Virus record (IMG/VR): IMGVR_UViG_3300020235_000016
Span: 1-47,533 of that record
Direction: 5' to 3' (one strand)
Origin: a virus
Taxonomy: Duplodnaviria > Caudoviricetes
Length of the DNA: 47,533 nucleotides
Positions 45,686-47,533 of this stretch are shown in pieces. The notes below the pieces were generated by a model. That model was not told the DNA's origin and made no database searches. It saw only the letters and a program-made list of their open reading frames with translations. Position 1 is the stretch's first letter. Each line of letters opens with the position of its first letter. The position numbers and the translations under genes were made by a program.

Positions 45686-46641
45686 CTGAACTGCTGATCA
45701 ACACCCCCGACCTGATGACGATCGTCGACGCCGGCTACGAGGCCGACGCGGAAGAGGGGGCCAGGTTTCCCGTGCGCCTGTCGGCAATCGCCTCCTGCCC
45801 CCGGCGGCTGGCGTGCGAGCTGCGCGGCGCCGAGAAGCGCGCATTCTCGGCCAGGTCGCTACGCGTGTTCGAGCAAGGGCACCAGCGCGGCGCGGCGCTG
45901 ATGACTGCGTTCAAGCGAGGCTGGGAGGACTGGATCACGAAGGTGACCACGATGCCCTCGTCGCGCTTCAAGCTCATGGACGAGCTGGAGGTGTGGATGC
46001 CGACGCGCATCGCCGGGGCAACCGCGCGGAAGATCGTGGAGAAGGCCCTGAAATGGGCCAACGACATGGACGGGGGCCTGCCCCTGGCACTGCAGGGCGA
46101 AGAGGACCGGCTCATGATCCGCGGTCGCTGCGACCTCGTGATCATGGACATCGAGACAGACGACTGCTGGATCATCGACTTCAAGACCAAGGCCTCCTGG
46201 GGCTTCAAGAAGCTCGATGAAGAGGGCAACGGCTTCGACTACGAGATGCAGCTGCTCGCCTACGGCCGCGCGCTACGCGACGAGGGCAAAGCGGTCAAGG
46301 GCATGTGGCTCTACTACGAGGACCACGACAAGCGCGGCCACAAGGTGCTGCCGGTGGACCCGGCAAGCAACGACCAGCTGAGCGAGGCCGTGAACGGCGT
46401 CGAGCGGATTCTGCGGGGCTGGGTGATCGGCGAATCCATCGAGAGTTCGCCGGCGATGTACGCCGTGGCCGGGAGGTTCGGCAAGAAGCAGCACGTCGGC
46501 GCTGTCGCAACGCTGCCGTGGCAGTGCAACTACTGCAGCGTGGGGCCCGAGGTCGGCAAGTGCGTCGAGAGCTTCAGGCTGGAAGACATTCGCAAGCCCG
46601 GCGCGGACGTTCCGCGCTGGGAGATCCTGGACCGAGACTGA
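45682..46641 (+). CDS. Cas4-like PD-(D/E)xK exonuclease (319 aa)
   Basis: RLSAIASCPR, FEQGH, RGRCD...IIDFKT, QLLAY and WQCNYC...C; start reassigned to ATG 45682. Confidence 0.85.
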   Translation: MTELLINTPDLMTIVDAGYEADAEEGARFPVRLSAIASCPRRLACELRGAEKRAFSARSLRVFEQGHQRGAALMTAFKRGWEDWITKVTTMPSSRFKLMDELEVWMPTRIAGATARKIVEKALKWANDMDGGLPLALQGEEDRLMIRGRCDLVIMDIETDDCWIIDFKTKASWGFKKLDEEGNGFDYEMQLLAYGRALRDEGKAVKGMWLYYEDHDKRGHKVLPVDPASNDQLSEAVNGVERILRGWVIGESIESSPAMYAVAGRFGKKQHVGAVATLPWQCNYCSVGPEVGKCVESFRLEDIRKPGADVPRWEILDRD

Positions 46642-46652
46642 GGAATCAAGGC

Positions 46653-47096
46653 ATGAGCATGAATCTAGTTGTCCTGATGGGCAACCTCACCCGGCAGCCC
46701 GAGGTGAGATACACCCAGAACCAAACGGCCATCTGCAAGGGCGGGCTGGCCATCAACCGGAAGTACAAGAAGGGAGACACGTGGGTGGAGGGCGTGACGT
46801 TCGTGGACTTCACGATCTTCGGCGCGCGCGGCGAGGCCTTCGAGAAGTACCACAAGAAGGGCGACGTCGCCCTTCTCACCGGCGAGCTACGGCTCGACCA
46901 GTGGGAGGACAAGCAGTCGGGCGACAAGCGCAGCAAGCTGTACGTCGTCGTGAACGACTGGAACTTCGCCGGCGGCAAGAAGGAAGAGGGCGGCGGAGGT
47001 GGCAGTCGCCAGCAAGGCGGCGGCTCGATGTACGGACACGAGGACACTGTTGCCGCGGATCAGCGGCGTGACGCAGAGGATGGCTACCCCGCATGA
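46653..47096 (+). CDS. ssb: Single-stranded DNA-binding protein (147 aa)
   Basis: NLVVLMGNLTRQPEVRYT, FVD...FG..E, KKG, WEDKQSG.KRSKL, Gly-rich linker, acidic tail. Confidence 0.95.
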   Translation: MSMNLVVLMGNLTRQPEVRYTQNQTAICKGGLAINRKYKKGDTWVEGVTFVDFTIFGARGEAFEKYHKKGDVALLTGELRLDQWEDKQSGDKRSKLYVVVNDWNFAGGKKEEGGGGGSRQQGGGSMYGHEDTVAADQRRDAEDGYPA

Positions 47097-47533
47097 GCTA
47101 CCCGCACGAATGCAAGGAGGGCGAGCACGGCAAGCTGTGGAATGCCGTGTGCGCCACCGACCCCGATTCAACCACGCGCGTTGACGTCGGCCGCGGGTTC
47201 ACCGCGATCGACGCCTACTCGCAGATCAAGGCCGCCACTGAGCTGTGGGGCCCCGTTGGTGACGGCTGGGGATGGACGATCAGGAACATCCTCCACTTCG
47301 GCGCGTTCCCCAACGACATCGTCATCGTCCACCTCAACCTGTGGTGGACGGCTGAGGTTCAAGGTCGCCTCGAACGTCACGACTACGACGTCACGGGCTG
47401 CGCCAAGGTGAGCATGGGCAAGAAGGACGCCGCGCGGGCGGATGACGATTGCTGCAAGAAGGCGCTCACCGATGCGATCACCAAGGGTCTCTCCTACCTC
47501 GGCTTCAACGCTGACGTGTTCTTCGGCGGCTTC
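47093..47533 (+). CDS. Rad52/Sak-like ssDNA annealing protein (partial)
   Basis: Not in the track (no stop in window): LWNAV..TDP, FTAIDAY, WGPVG.GWG, DDD..KKALTDAITK.LSYLGFNADVF; next to exonuclease and SSB. Confidence 0.7.
   Translation, partial: MSYPHECKEGEHGKLWNAVCATDPDSTTRVDVGRGFTAIDAYSQIKAATELWGPVGDGWGWTIRNILHFGAFPNDIVIVHLNLWWTAEVQGRLERHDYDVTGCAKVSMGKKDAARADDDCCKKALTDAITKGLSYLGFNADVFFGGF

Noticed and set aside
45682-46641. Cas4 as evidence of a CRISPR-Cas system
   Set aside because: No array or other cas genes; its context (SSB, annealase) indicates a recombination exonuclease.
1-47533. Genome-wide stop-codon reassignment
   Set aside because: Long genes are uninterrupted under code 11; TGA is the main stop, and TAG ends ORFs at 27611 and 45316 without in-frame continuation into the next gene.

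Overview
A high-GC tailed-phage genome segment with podovirus-like architecture; no host housekeeping genes, integrase, tRNA or CRISPR array are visible. Bases 1-34419 are one leftward, translationally coupled morphogenesis operon. In transcription order it encodes small virion proteins, a repeat-rich tail fibre, a probable TerS, GroES, an XRE-HTH protein, TerL, portal, scaffold, major capsid protein (MCP), adaptor, a 2602-aa nozzle-like protein with LamG-like inserts, and three ejection-type proteins. The last of these is a >2399-aa ORF that runs off the window and is missing from the ORF track. A divergent rightward operon of small genes (34598-37848) is followed by a hairpin-rich non-coding region and an early/recombination region (RadC, DUF2958, clamp-like, GP88, C5 methyltransferase, Cas4-like nuclease, SSB, Rad52-like annealase). 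Best leads: (1) a 90-aa gene fusing a Tat signal peptide to a diverged copy of the phage's own MCP N-terminus, two genes downstream of an Acb2/Tad1-type gene; (2) an unannotated 100-codon ORF with an in-frame UGA followed by a bacterial-SECIS-shaped hairpin, a candidate phage selenoprotein; (3) a perfect parS palindrome and an ADP-ribosyltransferase-like domain inside the giant ejection-type gene. Family calls come from motif recognition by eye, not from database searches.
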